Shown here: piece by piece, positions 37,346-50,551 of the stretch
How positions within the stretch are numbered: position 1 is the stretch's first letter
How the letters are laid out: each line of letters starts with the position of its first letter
Source of the DNA: Takakia lepidozioides
Lineage: Eukaryota; Plantae; Bryophyta
Assembly: GCA_030704615.1 (NCBI GenBank)
Contig: CM060733.1
Span: 2,046,001 to 2,110,000 of the forward strand
Length of the DNA stretch: 64,000 nt
Direction: 5' to 3'
Translations under genes and position numbers: made by a program
Notes under the pieces: model-generated
Databases searched by the model: none
The model's input: the letters and a program-made list of their open reading frames with translations, nothing else
What the model was told of the DNA's origin: nothing

Positions 37346-38139
37346 TTTTTGAAGTTGAGATGAGATTTGCATATAGTGTATTAGATTAATCTGCAGAAGC
37401 TTATGGCAAGGTGATCTACATTGCTACACCCAAGTTGGCATATTGCATGCTTGATCTGGTTGTCTTATAGGTTATAGAAGAAAAGGACACTCGTTGGGTA
37501 TTACATTGCCAAGGTTTGCGGTACCCAACATAAACTTGTATTATATACTTTTGGTACTAATGGTAGCCAGACATCAAAACTATATATAAAGCCCATAAAC
37601 ACCCACATACAAAGAGTAAACTAAGAACTCTGGGTCAACTCAGTTGATGGCATTACTGGCTAAAAAACGTGCACAAACTCTTTCCTAGTCTTTAGACAGA
37701 AGCTCCGTACTGTGTACATTGTAAGTGTTCTTAGTATGAAGCCCAGGCTGAAGATCATGAAACCTAAGAAGGGCGTGACTTCCACTAAATGCGTTGGGTT
37801 TTTGGGCTCATAATTCACAGATATCAGACTGGCAGTAGTCAATGATCCTGCCTGAAAGGGCACTTTTTCAGGCGAAATTGAACATGTAGAAAGCAGTTTG
37901 TCCACAATTTTCTACATGAAATGTACTCAACAAATTAGATACTTTGTGAGATGTGCTAAATGTAAAAAGCGCGATCTGAGATTCCCTGTTTGCTGGTGAA
38001 GTGCTGCCACTCTGTCGCGTCTGATTTAGTTATTAATAACCTTGGGAAATTAGTTGTCATGCACTCCCCATCCTTTGGATAGGCCTTGGATTGAAGAGCT
38101 CTTCTCGACAAGAACTAAACCACAATCACATCAGCTAGC

Positions 38140-38589
38140 TCACGGCGCCACAGCAGACTCGAGACTGAGCCGGCCTTCAGCAACTGACCGTCTCAATGCC
38201 TTGTTTAGATACGTTACATCAGCAACCTCCCCGGAATTTGATGACGATATCCTCCCTGGCCCGAAAATTGATCGATTAGATGTATCAGTGATCATCACTG
38301 CGTCTCCGCTATTTCTAGTTCTTGCTGTTGCTGCAAACGACACCATCATATTCATATAGGCATCCCTCATTATCTCAAGGAGTCGAGTGGGTGAAACATT
38401 GGGGAAAACTCGCAGCAGTCTTAGCCTGTGCCCTGTCCGCTGCTGCACTATCCCCTGTAGCTTGACTATCTTGACGCGCCTTTTCTTGACTACGAACTGC
38501 TCATTGACACGGGTATATTTCCTCTTCATGAACAACCTGCAAAATCTTTCGTAGAGGCTAGGGAGGTCCTCATCCAGATGGTCCGCCAT
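38140..38589 (-). CDS. Conserved plant uncharacterised protein (basic, ...P..LL..LRDAY..MM..FA type), 149 aa
   Basis: Intact ATG-to-stop ORF. RRVKIVKL...RLRLLR...SPTRLLEIMRDAYMNMMVSFA resembles a small plant family I recognise by motif only. CT-rich leader-like sequence upstream (38990-39150). Confidence 0.6.
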   Translation of the reverse strand: MADHLDEDLPSLYERFCRLFMKRKYTRVNEQFVVKKRRVKIVKLQGIVQQRTGHRLRLLRVFPNVSPTRLLEIMRDAYMNMMVSFAATARTRNSGDAVMITDTSNRSIFGPGRISSSNSGEVADVTYLNKALRRSVAEGRLSLESAVAP

Positions 38590-39999
38590 GCCGATTTTCA
38601 GGCACTCAGCACTTCACTCTTTCGACAAATTGTTGAAGTCGACTGGTCCTTACTTTGTAGAGCGCCTCCCTGTAAGGAATTTTCTATCGGCCCCTATGAT
38701 GTACTTTTGAGAACTTTAAGCTTGAGAGGTACAGCAAGATAAAGCCTTGACTACTTTGAGACTACTTGTGATTCAGTACTAGTCCTCCCTCCGATCAGCT
38801 AAAAGCAAGATCTGTATACACATGTTAGGATTTGCCTACACTCGTGAGGGCAACTATTTGCCTTGATCCTCAAAGATCAAGGTGCAGGGGGACACTGCAG
38901 GTATCAGATGCCTAACAGGGATTTACGCTGGAAATAGAAACTGTAATTAGGGGTGATTCTGTGGGAGAACGGAGACAAGAGGATATGTTGTAGAAGGGGG
39001 GACAGAGGGACTTCTCTCTTTCCCGGCCTTTCCCGGGGAGAAGCGAAGATGGGGTTGCGGGCTCTGGCTTTGTCTGCAAGTGAGAATCGTAGCAAAGAGA
39101 GAGAGGAAGAGAGAAGAAGTGGTGAGGTGTTGAGTACGAGGGAGAGAACGTGGCAATGACTGTGGGACGGCTGTGGGCCATGGCATCGCTGCAAAGTGGT
39201 TCCCGTGCCTGCCTACTCATGACCGACTCCGCCACCTAGATTGACTCATTTGCATGACATGTGTGTTGACCAGGTCATGGATCTAATAAAATGATTGAGC
39301 AGATTCTGGCGCTATGGGTTTGTTCCCCTTCCTCCACCGGATTTAATCCTATCTGGGGAATGTAGTCGATAGATGGCAGAGAAGACGGAATCTCACGAAG
39401 AGGACGCAACTGTCCAAAGCACATTCATCCACACACTCAAGCACCCTGTTACACCCAGCGTATACTAGCATACGACCCAAAAGCCACCACACTACCATGG
39501 CAGTCGAGCTTAAATAGTATTAGGTTGTAATCTAATCTTAGTGCCGTGTGGCACTTACATATAGGCCAGCCATATGCCCTTCGAGCATAGCCATATAAAG
39601 AATCCATATCACCCATATCCATCCTAATCTAATCCTAAACTAGCTGTTAGAATAAGACAACACCTAATAAAGTCATCAGCTGTTGCCAGCTCATCCTCAT
39701 GCGCAAGGTGTAAGTTCATCCAGACTTCATCCTGGCTCCGTCCATCCCTAAATCATCTGGAGCGCATCCCTTCTCCATTCATCCAAGTCGAAAAGGAAGG
39801 TGAGAAAGAATCCCAGCTCCACAAATTTATTAATTTCAAAGAGGGAATATAGCTCGTATTTTTTGGGACAAACAACAAAACATTTTCTTGAAACAAAACC
39901 AAGACATTTATTATTATTATTAATTATTTTAGAAGCTCTTTAAAATTAATGATTGTTCTTAATATTTTTTATTGGCTCTCTTGTAGAGAGAGAGATTTT

Positions 40000-41290
40000 G
40001 CCGGAGACATGCAAGTCAATGGATGTGGTCAAAGTACCTTACACTGTGTGTCAAGGCGTTGATTGGTGTGTTGTGCTGAGTCATGCTCCCTAGTCTTACC
40101 TTCCTCTTATGTTGTGCCAAAGCAAAGCAAGAGAGCCAATTGCCGAGGCTTGTTCTATTTATTTTCTTAAAGAGGGACCACTCACAAATTAGGGCCCTTA
40201 ATTGTAGTTAGAGAAGAAAATAACCTCTTTCAACATAACCTCACCATGAGATGGCACAAGGCTCTAGGATGGCGCCCAAGAATATATATATATACGAATA
40301 TGATGCCAACCGCAATGAGTGTAAATAAGAGTCTCTCGTCTCTACCCTTTTGCCCTTTTTCAGGGGTGGGATCTGTGAAACAAGTCACGTCAAATAAACA
40401 AAGTGAAAAAACTGCCTAAAATTCCATGTTGCAGGAGAGAGACTACGCAACATGTTCAAATCAACGAAAAATATGTGGTAAAAGGACCTTACTGTGTCAA
40501 GGCACCGATGAGTCATGCCCTTTAAAAGGAGACTATGCAACATGTTCAAATCAACGGAAAAAATGTGGTAAAAGGACCTTACCGTGTCAAGGCACCGATT
40601 GGTGTGTTGTGCTGAGTCATGCCCCTTAAAAAAAAGTATAGACGCCTCCCAAAGGGAGCGTAAATTATGGTGTCTCTTCACCACAAGGCTACTGCCTTCC
40701 AGTTGAAAGGTGGACACCTTCATGACACACCAGACCGTGGTGTTTAAACCCACAACCACATCCAACGTGGTATGTGCCCATTACCACTGGGCTACATGCT
40801 AGTTGTCCATGCCCCTTACTCTCACCTTCCTCTTATGTTTTGCCAATGCAAGAAAGCCCATCGCTGTTTTAGGCTTGTTGAAATCATTACCTTTTTAGAC
40901 ATGAAGTTTCATCCTAATAGGAGAAAGTACCTTACACCAGGCGGTAAGACCCCTAGGGCCTTACCAAATTCGCAAGGTGACGGTTTTTTCCGGGGGGGGG
41001 GACATGTTGGTTTTTTACACTGGTGACTTGGGCAAGAGTCCCTTCTACCGGCCTCGTTCAAGAATTCTTAAATGGTGGAAGGGCCTCATCAGCTGCCCTG
41101 CCCTGTACATAACCGGTTTTAGGATCAATTTCACCAACGTGTCATGTGTTTATTGGCTTTGAGGACGTTGGACATAACCCATATTCTTCGCACTTCAAAT
41201 TTTCCTACCTACTAGATGGATGGGTCTTGCCAACATGTCATTTTGTGATTGGCTCTGAGGACGCTGGTTATAACCCATCTTCATTGCCCT
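40000..41290. repeat. Degenerate local repeats: 91-bp tandem pair at 40437-40600, related copies near 40045-40120 and 40805-40860, and a ~96-bp pair at 41134-41290
   Basis: GACTA.GCAACATGTTCAAATCAACG...GGTAAAAGGACCTTAC.GTGTCAAGGCACCGAT twice; CAAC.TGTCAT...ATTGGCT.TGAGGACG.TGG..ATAACCCAT twice. Confidence 0.7.
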
Positions 41291-41425
41291 TCAAACATTT
41301 CCACTGCGTGACTCCACATTGACAACATTAGTTAGTACTTTATCCATTTTTTTACAAATAGATCTATAATCTATTTAAAAAACAATGTGTTTTGAGTAAA
41401 CCACCTTTTCTAAAACTACAATTAA

Positions 41426-42445
41426 ATGAGAAATGGTCCTAGCGGCCGTGTTTCCATTTTCAAGATCCAGAACTCCACTGATCAGCCAACCTCGGGTACG
41501 GGCTTCTTTCTGGCCCACCAGGCGCATGCAATCCCACCGCGTCAATCCATCGTCAGGATACCACCATCCCCCACGCGCTCTTCTCAGATCTCACGACACC
41601 TGGTTCATGAACACCAGTCCTCGGATCTCAGTCCAGCAGCAGACACCGCTCCCTTGGACGATCACGACCTTCTCATCATGGAAAATGTGGAGGAACAGGA
41701 GGCCATGGATGGCGAATGGGATCTCATCTCCATGCACGTACCTGACATGCAGAAGAGGGTGGAATCCTTGGAAGAAAGAGGAATCCTCATACACTTTCCT
41801 GGAAGAAAGGTCAGTAGAAAATCAGTTCGAGACTGGGTGATTCGCCACTTGGGAGGGCCAGGAGAGCTCAAACAACATTTTTGCCACGCAAAGGGAAGGG
41901 GCTTCTTTTCGATTGCTTTTGAATCCCAGGCAGCAGCAGCCCAAGCACTCCATTTTAATCCACATCTATTTGGGTTCAACATCAATATCTTTCCGTGGTC
42001 ATCCAATATGGGCAATCGTAATGGCAAGCTGTGGGGGCCCAGAATTGTATCTGTGCCATTCATACCAGATCAATACCTTTACAACCTTCCAGATATTGCT
42101 AATCACTTTGGTTACTATCTGGGTTGCATCTCAGTGTTTGATCCCTTCATGTGCCCAGACAACATCAGGAATGACCCTGCTTGGAGATCCTCCACCATTG
42201 CATCAAGACTTAACGATTCAGGAAGTGCAAAATTTGTATTGATGATGCCAAATGAGGCCACTCTCCCGCCTTATGTGAGGCTCCCCATTGATGAGTTGGG
42301 TAATTACTACACCATCAGGCTCATAGAAGAGACATCGTCACATGCCTGCTTCAACTACGGAAGGCTAGGTCACATCAATGCAGAATGCAAGGAAGAAAAG
42401 AAAAGGAGATCTGGGAACAGGAACCATTCTCAAACCCCCCTGCCT
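41426..42445 (+). pseudogene. L1-type LINE ORF1 (DUF4283-like region plus zinc knuckle), 3'-truncated
   Basis: KGRGFFSIAFES...AL...P..F...INIFPW; CFN(Y)GRLGHINAEC. Fused directly to family A sequence at ~42446. Confidence 0.75.
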
Positions 42446-45003
42446 AAGAATTTGATGTGAATCAAATTCCCTGTGAAACTGAGAAGGAAAGATTGTCCAA
42501 ACGATTCTTTCAGAGGTTCTTGGAATTGCCAGACGGTTGTAAAGAAAACATTCTTAAAAGAGTGCATGATGCTGACCTTGAATGGGGTCTGGAGAAAGGA
42601 GTGATAAAGATTTATCAGGTGGCCTGTAGAGGAAGAGCACGTTGGTTACCAACACTGGTTTATGTGATAGCATTGCTATCCATTAAGCGAGTAGAGTTTG
42701 AAGGCTGGGAGGAAAGAAAGGTGAATGTTTATACTCATATGCATGAAGAGCTTGTACTAGTAAAGAATTGGATTCCAAAGGATATTTTGTGGATCAAACT
42801 CACACCAAGAACAACTTTCCAGACTTGTTTGCCATATGGTTATATGGTAACGGAGACTTCTAGTATAGCCAAGGGTGCATTGAAGCTTGAAAAAAAAACC
42901 AGGCATATACGAGATATTACAGAAGAGAGTTTTGGTTATTGCCACATTAAAAGAAATGAAAGACATGGGACATGAGTGATGAAAGAGAAGCTAGACTCCA
43001 GAGATATTCAGCAAAAAGAGAAAGCTATCTGAAAGCTAATTATCCATATCTTTGGGAGAGGAATAGACATAGGGGAATCATCTGGACCTCTCACACCATT
43101 AAGATCAGAGAGTACATCACCCATACCGGAAGAACTAGAGTTGGATGCCACTCCTTCTTTTTCTTTGCAAAAAGATTAAGGGAATTGGTACGGGAAGAAG
43201 ATCAATCACGAGGTGAAAGATCTGAGGTACATCCCTGGATAAAAGATTTGACAGAAATCTTTGATAAGAGTTGGCATGGAACACCAAAAGCAGGAACTCC
43301 AGTTTCTGAAACGGAAGGTGAAGAAGGAGGAGAGGATGTGGCAGAGCCAACGGAGAGTTCAGACTCTCCAACACCATTACAGTTGAGTTACATGAGTGAA
43401 GAAGAAACCCAAGGGCAGAACTTGGAGGATGAAAATAGAGAGAAGAAATTGGAAGAGGAAGAGTATGAAGAAGTAGACCCATCAGCTGAGGTTGAGACTG
43501 CAACCAGGACATCCCAACCCGTTGGACCTGGATCAAGTGGAGCACTTGGATCACAGGCCAACGAAGGTGTCGGCTCAGGGGGATCAGGCGGGCTGCCTGG
43601 ATCTGGCTCTAGGGGGACAGGGAGTGTGGGAATACTGCAACTGGAGCTGGGAATACTGTGAATATCGTGGGGCCAGTAGCAGGGAGTGCTCAGGGGCCAC
43701 CACTTGGTGGAAGATCCACCACAACTACAACAGTCCTGAAGGACCAGCACCTGTCAGTGGGCAGAAGGTAGGGCCACAGATGGCGTTACAACCAACACTG
43801 GCAAAACCACCTTTCCCAATATTCAGGAAAAGGGGTTCCCGATGTACACATTAGCCAATTTGAGCACATGTGTATAGTGAACAATGAGAATGGCGATGAT
43901 GCCAAGATGAGACTGTTCCTTGTTCACTTATCAAGAAAGCAAGTGAATGGTATGCAAGATTCCCTGATAATCATTTCCCTAACCTGGAATGGTTTGAATA
44001 CAGCATTCCAATAGGTTCAGGACAAGTAAAACTGAGGATGAAGTGTATGGAAGTTTACAACTGTTAAAGCAAAAGAAGCATGAAACTGTTGAGGAGTATA
44101 TGGAACTGTACCAGCACCAGGTTTATAGAAGACCTGGTTGGTGAGTGGACTAAGACCAGAGTTGCAAAAGAAAGTGGATATGTTACCCCATAATACAGTG
44201 GAGGAGGCATTTGAAACAGTGAACAGAATTGAGCAATTGGGAATGCTCAGGAGAGAAAAAAAGGATGATGAGGACTCTGAGGATGAGTCCGATGAAGAAG
44301 AAGAGCAAGAACTAAAAAGGAAGAGTAAGAGAAGGAGAAGTTGAAGATGGATAACTATGAGAAAAGATTAGAAGAAATCTTGAAGAAGTATGCCACAGAG
44401 GCTGCAACACATTGGAGGAAGGGTGTTTGGTGTGCAAAGTGCCACAATGAAGGTCATACCACCACTGAATGCCACATGAAGGAGAAACATTGTACCATCT
44501 ATAAGATGGATAACCATTCTACTGAGAATTGTTACTACAACAGAAGAACAGCTGCAAGAGAACCTAGGCAAGTAAGGGTGCATCAAGTGCAGCCCCAGCC
44601 AAGAAGAAACAGTGATCAGGACCACTATGGTAGGCCTGGTGGTTATAACAATGGCATGGAAGGGAGAGGTAATTCAAGAGGGAATTACCAAGGAAATTCC
44701 AGAGGCAACTATCAGGGTAATCCAAGGGGGAATTACCAGCCAGGGAATCAGGATTACAGAAATAATCTAAGAGCAGACCAAGGGCGAGGACCCAATGGTG
44801 AAGAACTGTGTTACTATTGTAATCAGGCAGGACATCGCAAGGCAGCCTGTTCATTCTGGATTAGACACCAGAATGAGACGAGAGCTCCTGTGAATGAGGG
44901 CCCAGTGGTGACAGCTCACATGGTTAGGCCATGTGTTGTACCAGAAGTAAGTACAATGATAGTAACCAAGAAGCAAAGCCAAACTAATACCTCCAGTAGT
45001 TGA
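42446..45003 (+). pseudogene. gag: Long N-terminal/leader ORF plus gag with three zinc knuckles (frameshifted)
   Basis: Capsid-like AKMRLF...EWY...LKQKKHETVEEY; CAKCHNEGHTTTEC, CTI(Y)KMDNHSTENC, CYYCNQAGHRKAAC; QGNSRGNY repeats. Confidence 0.85.
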
Positions 45004-45317
45004 GGAAGATGATGATAATGAAGATGGCAGTGATATGCCTGAAGATGATGAGGCTTGGAGAGATGAGAAGGAACTGCACAAGGAAGTGGCAGATACCCGG
45101 AAAAATGGAATTGATGATGAAAAGCTGGCTGCTGTACCAGCACCAGGTTTACAGAAGACCTGGTTGGTGAGTGGACTAAGACCAGAGTTCCATAAGGGAA
45201 ATGCAGAAGAGTACTGATATTCCTGTGGCAGATTCCTCTGATTCTGAAAGAGAAGAGGAAGTGAGTGAGGATGAAGGGAAGAAAGAAGCTGCAGACATGT
45301 AGAGTAATGAAGGGACT

Positions 45318-48300
45318 TTGGCTGAAGTAATATGCCAGACCAAAGCGGAGATTGCCATTGGACAGCTATTGGTTGTGGCACCTTATTGTAGACACAGGCT
45401 GTATCAAGTAATCAATAAAATTGCCCATGTGACAGGGAACACAGACCTGAACAGCAAGGTGACCAGTTATAATGTGAAGCCGGAAGGGCGAGAAACAGTC
45501 ATGGACTTTGATGATTCTATGCCAGTAATCCAATTGAGAATTGGAAGCACAGAACTAACTGATGTACTGATAGATGGAGGCTCTGGAGTGAATATCATGA
45601 CAGACCAAATAAGGCAGAAGCTTGGTCTAAGTAACATGAAACCAGCCCCATTTACAGTAACAATGGCAGATCAAAGAAGTGTACAGCCATTGGGATTGAT
45701 AAGAGGAGTTAAGATACAGATTCAAAAGATGATTTATGATCACAGTAACTGTGTTGAAATGGATGAAGTCTTGGAGGCCTACTCCTTTATGGGACGTCCG
45801 TGGCTGAAACAGGCCAGGGTATTCCATGACTGGAATTCCCAGTTACTAACTGTGCATAATGGGATGCACAAGATACAAATTACCACTATAAAAACTAGTA
45901 GATTACCTGCTACGAGAAGACCTCGAGGGGTCAGAGAGTATGACTGGAGGGAGGACTGGATGAGGAGCAGGAAGCTACCCTATTCGCTGCACACCCAGAG
46001 GGGGAGCAGGTTGCAGAGATGCAGCTGGAAGGCTAAGTTGTTTAAATGTATCTGCTGTGGTAGTGACAGCAACACCAATTGAAGGTGAAACAAGCAGTTA
46101 CCCACCCCCATTTCTTGAAGAAAGAGAAGGAGAAATGGAAATCCTAGCGGAACCAGCCACTGTGAGTTTACAGGATGAAGTGGTGACTGGTTGGACAATC
46201 ACAGCTGATGAGCAGGTGAGAGAAGTGAATGTGGGAACTGAAGAGGAACCGAGGATGGGGAAGGTAGGGGCTGATTTGGAGCCAGAATTCTTTGAGGAAG
46301 CTAAGAGTTTGTTCATCAAATACAGAGATGTATTTGCTTGGAGCTACGAGGATCTAAAAGGGATACCACCTAAGATCTGTCAGCATAAGATTGAACTGGA
46401 ACCCGGGTCAGTACCAATCAAACAGGCAAGGTACAGAATGAATCCCAACTATGCACAGAAGGTTGGAGAAGAGATCAAGAAGTTGGCTGAGGCTAAGTTT
46501 ATATACCCGATAGAGTATATACAACTTGGTTGTCACCCATTGTGATAGTTCCCAAGAAGAATGGTAAAACTGAGAGTTTGTGTGAACTATAAGAAGTTGA
46601 ATGCTTGCACGAAGAAGATCCATTTCCCTTGCCATTCACAGAAGCAGTATTGGACACTGTGGCAGGCCATGAGATGTACTCATTCATGGATGGCTTCAGT
46701 GGTTATAATCAAGTGCAAGTGGCAGAAGAAGACCAGGGAAAGATAGCTTTCATCACAGACTGGGGTGCTTATGCATACAAAGTCATGCCTTTGGACTTTG
46801 TAATGCACCAGCAACCTTTCAGAGAGTGATAAGTGAATCTTTTCATGAGTATTTGGATGATTTCATGCAGGTATTCTTGGATGATTTCAGTGTGTACAGC
46901 TCTAAGAATGAGCACTTGCATAATTGGAGTTATGTTTGGCCAGATGCAGGATGAGAGGTCTGGGCCTGAATCCAGAGAAATGTACTTTCTGTGTGAACTC
47001 AGGGGTGCTTTTGGGACACATTGTGTGTAAGAGGGGACTTCTTGTGGATCCCAGGAAAACAGAGGCCATTAAAGCCTCTCCTCCACCAGTAAATGTTAAG
47101 AGTCTAGGAGATTCCTTGGACAAACCAGTTATTACAGAAGATTTGTCAAAAGGTATGCACAAATAGCAGCACCATTGAGCAAGCTTCTGAAGAAAGATGC
47201 AGTGTTTGCATGGACAGCTGAATGTCAACAGGCTTTTGAGGAACTTACATTGTCAGTAACAACTACACCTGTGCTGATTAACCCTCACTGGCATGTAGTA
47301 TTTCATGTTCACTGTGATGCCTCAGGAGAAGCGTTGGGAGCGGTTAGCCCAAAATGTTACAGGAAATATAGATTCACCTGTGTACTATGCTAGCAGGTTG
47401 ATGAACAGTGCTGAAAGGAACTATAGCACAACTGAAAGAGAAGCACTGGCAATGATTTATGCAGTCAAGAAATTCAGGCATTACCTATTGGGAAGAAAGT
47501 TTATGTTTTATGTGGATCACCAGGCTCTGATATATCTGGTGAACAAACCTTTGATAAGTGGAAGGATAGCGAGGTGGTTAATAATCTTGCACGAGTTTGA
47601 GTTCGAAGTTGTTTACAAGCCTGGCCGTTTGCATCTTGTGGCAGATCATTTGTCACGACTAACAACAGGAGAAGCCGCCACAGGAGTAGACGACCATTAC
47701 CTGATGCGAGTTTATTTGCAATGGAGGTGCAAGGAAGTGCAGATGAATGGTTTTTGGCAGTGGCCAATCAGATACTACCTTACTCATGGTCAGTGCCCAC
47801 CTAGTTATGGTAAGGAGCAGAGGAAGAGAATCGCTATCAAGGCTTTACCTTATACTATGGTAGGGCAGAATGTATAAGCTAGGACCTGATGGAGTACTTA
47901 AACGATGCTTGTACCACCATGAAGTAAATAAAGTTTTGGAGGAAGTTCATAAAGGAGTGGCTGGAGGTCATTTTGGAGAAGAGACTACCAGTAGGAAGAT
48001 ACTACTTGCAGGTTACTGGTGGCCTACTTTGTAGATGTACACAAGTATTGTCAGAGTTGTGATGAATGTCAGAGGCTAGGACCTTTGCAGAGATCTTGGA
48101 AGATGGCTTTGCATCCTACGATGCCTACTGAACCATTTCAGAAATGGGGACTAGACTTTGTTGGACCAATTAACCCACCAGCCAAGAATACACAGAACAA
48201 GTACATAATTACAGCCACTGATTATACTACGAAGTGGGTGGAAGCTAAAGCTTTGAGGGACAACACAGCCAAATCCACAGCAAGGTTCCTGTATGAGAAC

Positions 48301-48990
48301 ATACTTACACGATTTGGCTGTCCCTTGGAATTTATCAGTGATCAGGGAAGTCACTTCATTAATGAGACCATTGAACTATTGACTAAAGAGTTCATGATTG
48401 TGCATAGGAAGAGTACAACATATTACCCACAGGGTAATGGGCAGGCAGAGGCTACCAACAAAATATTATGTACTATCTTGGCTAAGATAGTCAATGCAAA
48501 CAGAACGGATTGGGATACAAAGCTGCTGACAGCTTTGTGGTCATACAGGACTTCATATAAGTCACCACTAAGTATACACCATTCCAATTAGTTTATGGTA
48601 TGGAAGCTTTACTTCCAGTGGAATTCCTGTTACCTACCATGAGAACGGAATGGGGAAAGAGAATGGAATTACAAGATTCAATTAAGGTCAGGAAACATGA
48701 ATTATACCATGTGGAAGAAGTACGTGCTGATGCAGCTGATAACATGACCAGAATTCAGATGAAGAGAAATGAACAGTTTGATGAAGGCAAGTTAAAGACT
48801 TTTAAGACGGGAGATTTGGTTCTCTGGGTGCAGAAGAAGGGAAAGATTAAAGCTTCTAAGCTTAAATCACCATGGAAAGGACCTTATGTCATACAGAAGA
48901 TGTATGATAACAACACCGCCATGTTACAAACCATTAACAAAGAGATGCTGGGAAGATCAATGCCAATAAGTTGAAGGGGTACAGTGGTAT
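45318..48990 (+). pseudogene. pol: pol (protease, RT, RNase H, integrase), many frameshifts
   Basis: VLIDGGSGVNIM; YRDVFAWSYEDLKGIP; YSFMDGFSGYNQ; FLDDF; HCDASG; NYSTTEREALAM; KWGLDFVGP; SDQGSHF; PQGNGQAE; WKGPY. Confidence 0.93.
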
Positions 48991-49255
48991 CCATGACAAA
49001 CCATTGCAGCACGATTTGCATGTTGAAACGCAAAAGCAGTCACGGGCTGCGCCAGTGATACCAACGGAGTATGGAGCACTTGTCGCTAAGCCGAGCATAT
49101 ATGACCAGGGCGGGAACTACACGCAGACACAGCCTATCACAGCCCATCACAGCGTCACAACCTATCACAGCCCATCACAGTGCACACAGCACAGCTCAAC
49201 ACAGCCTACCGGGGTTACACAGTCCACAGGATCAGTGACAGGTGGACGTGGGTTA

Positions 49256-49853
49256 TGTTTACTCACCCAAAAACTTCAAGATAGAAGAGTTGGATCTCTA
49301 AGCACTGCTCAGTACAATCAGTCATGACCTACAGCTAGTGAATCAATTCCTTCTTGCCTTCATGTTATCAATTTACCTTATCTGATACTGAAGCATCAGA
49401 TTGCTTCAGTATCTTCTTAGTTCCAGTTAATCATCCATTTCATTTCACAGCTTCACTCATGTCTCTCTACAAAGTGTGCTTGTATCATCAGTTTACGATT
49501 TATCAGGTACTAGGCCAATGTCAAGGTGACTCTAATGGGCAAGCATCCGTTCATCTTTCCTACTGATCTCCTCTCATACATGACCAAGCCCCGCTCCCCG
49601 TGAAGTGTCCCCTCTTTCCGTTGCCGCTCCCCTTATCTGCCTGCAAGCTGACCGTCATCCCTGAAGTAACACATTCCTTCTGCAGATGTCGTTCCCTCAC
49701 ACAATGATAACTGTTCCCCCAGGCTATGTGAAGCTGTGCCAGTGTCGGACCAAGTAACCCCCCCCCCCCAAAGCCTGCTGACAGTCTGCGCAAAAATTAA
49801 GGGTACCCCACAGAACCCGTAAAAGCGTCTAAGTCCCAAGCAGCCCTCTAACA
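49256..49853 (-). mobile_element. Family A solo LTR (598 bp, many small deletions), inserted antisense; TSD GGTTA
   Basis: GGTTA at 49251-49255 and 49854-49858. Colinear with 2287-3343 but gapped. Confidence 0.9.
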
Positions 49854-50551
49854 GGTTAACATCCGGAGAGTGGCCGGCGGAAAAGTGGACGGAGGCAGGT
49901 TTTTAGAAATGGACACGTGGACGCCAGGGCGAGACACACAGCCGGACATGAATTGCAAGAAAGGGTGTCATCAAGAAGGAAGACAAAATTGGCCGCCAAA
50001 GTACCTACCCGGCACGTTAACCGAAATTTATTGTGGGCCCATTAATGCATACAGGGAAAGGGTAACGGAACCCTTTACAAGTACCGAAAAGCGAAATCCT
50101 TGTCACACGTGCTATCCTAGTGGACAGTTTAGGGGGGGAAAATCCACGGAAGGGAATTAAATTACAAAACCAATCACAGAGCCAACAGCCAATCATGAGC
50201 CAGAATTACCTGCAGAGGGTATTTTCCAAGAAGCAAGATAAAAAATTTAGAGAAATTATGAGCGCAAGAGTCGGCGTGGTTCCGAGTAACGGGCGTCTCG
50301 ACAGGGGAGACAATCAAAGCTATAGCTTTGAAGCTATGGCGGAAATAACAGACTACACGCTCGCTTTACTACTTACCCAGTGGCACAAGGACAGACGAAC
50401 GGAGAGTACATTTTCTCTAAATCGATACTTGCAAGCCCCACAGGCTTACAAGCACTTACCCATTTCATTCTGTGCCAACCATACCTTCATGCTCTGTGCC
50501 CTGCAAGCTTTCCTTCAGCTGTTTCAAACCAAGCCTTTCTGTTTGTCTAGA

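Noticed and set aside
30046-42445. LINE ORF1 (41426) and ORF2 (30046-32103) as one element
   Set aside because: Opposite strands, EN/RT core missing, and no shared TSD visible.
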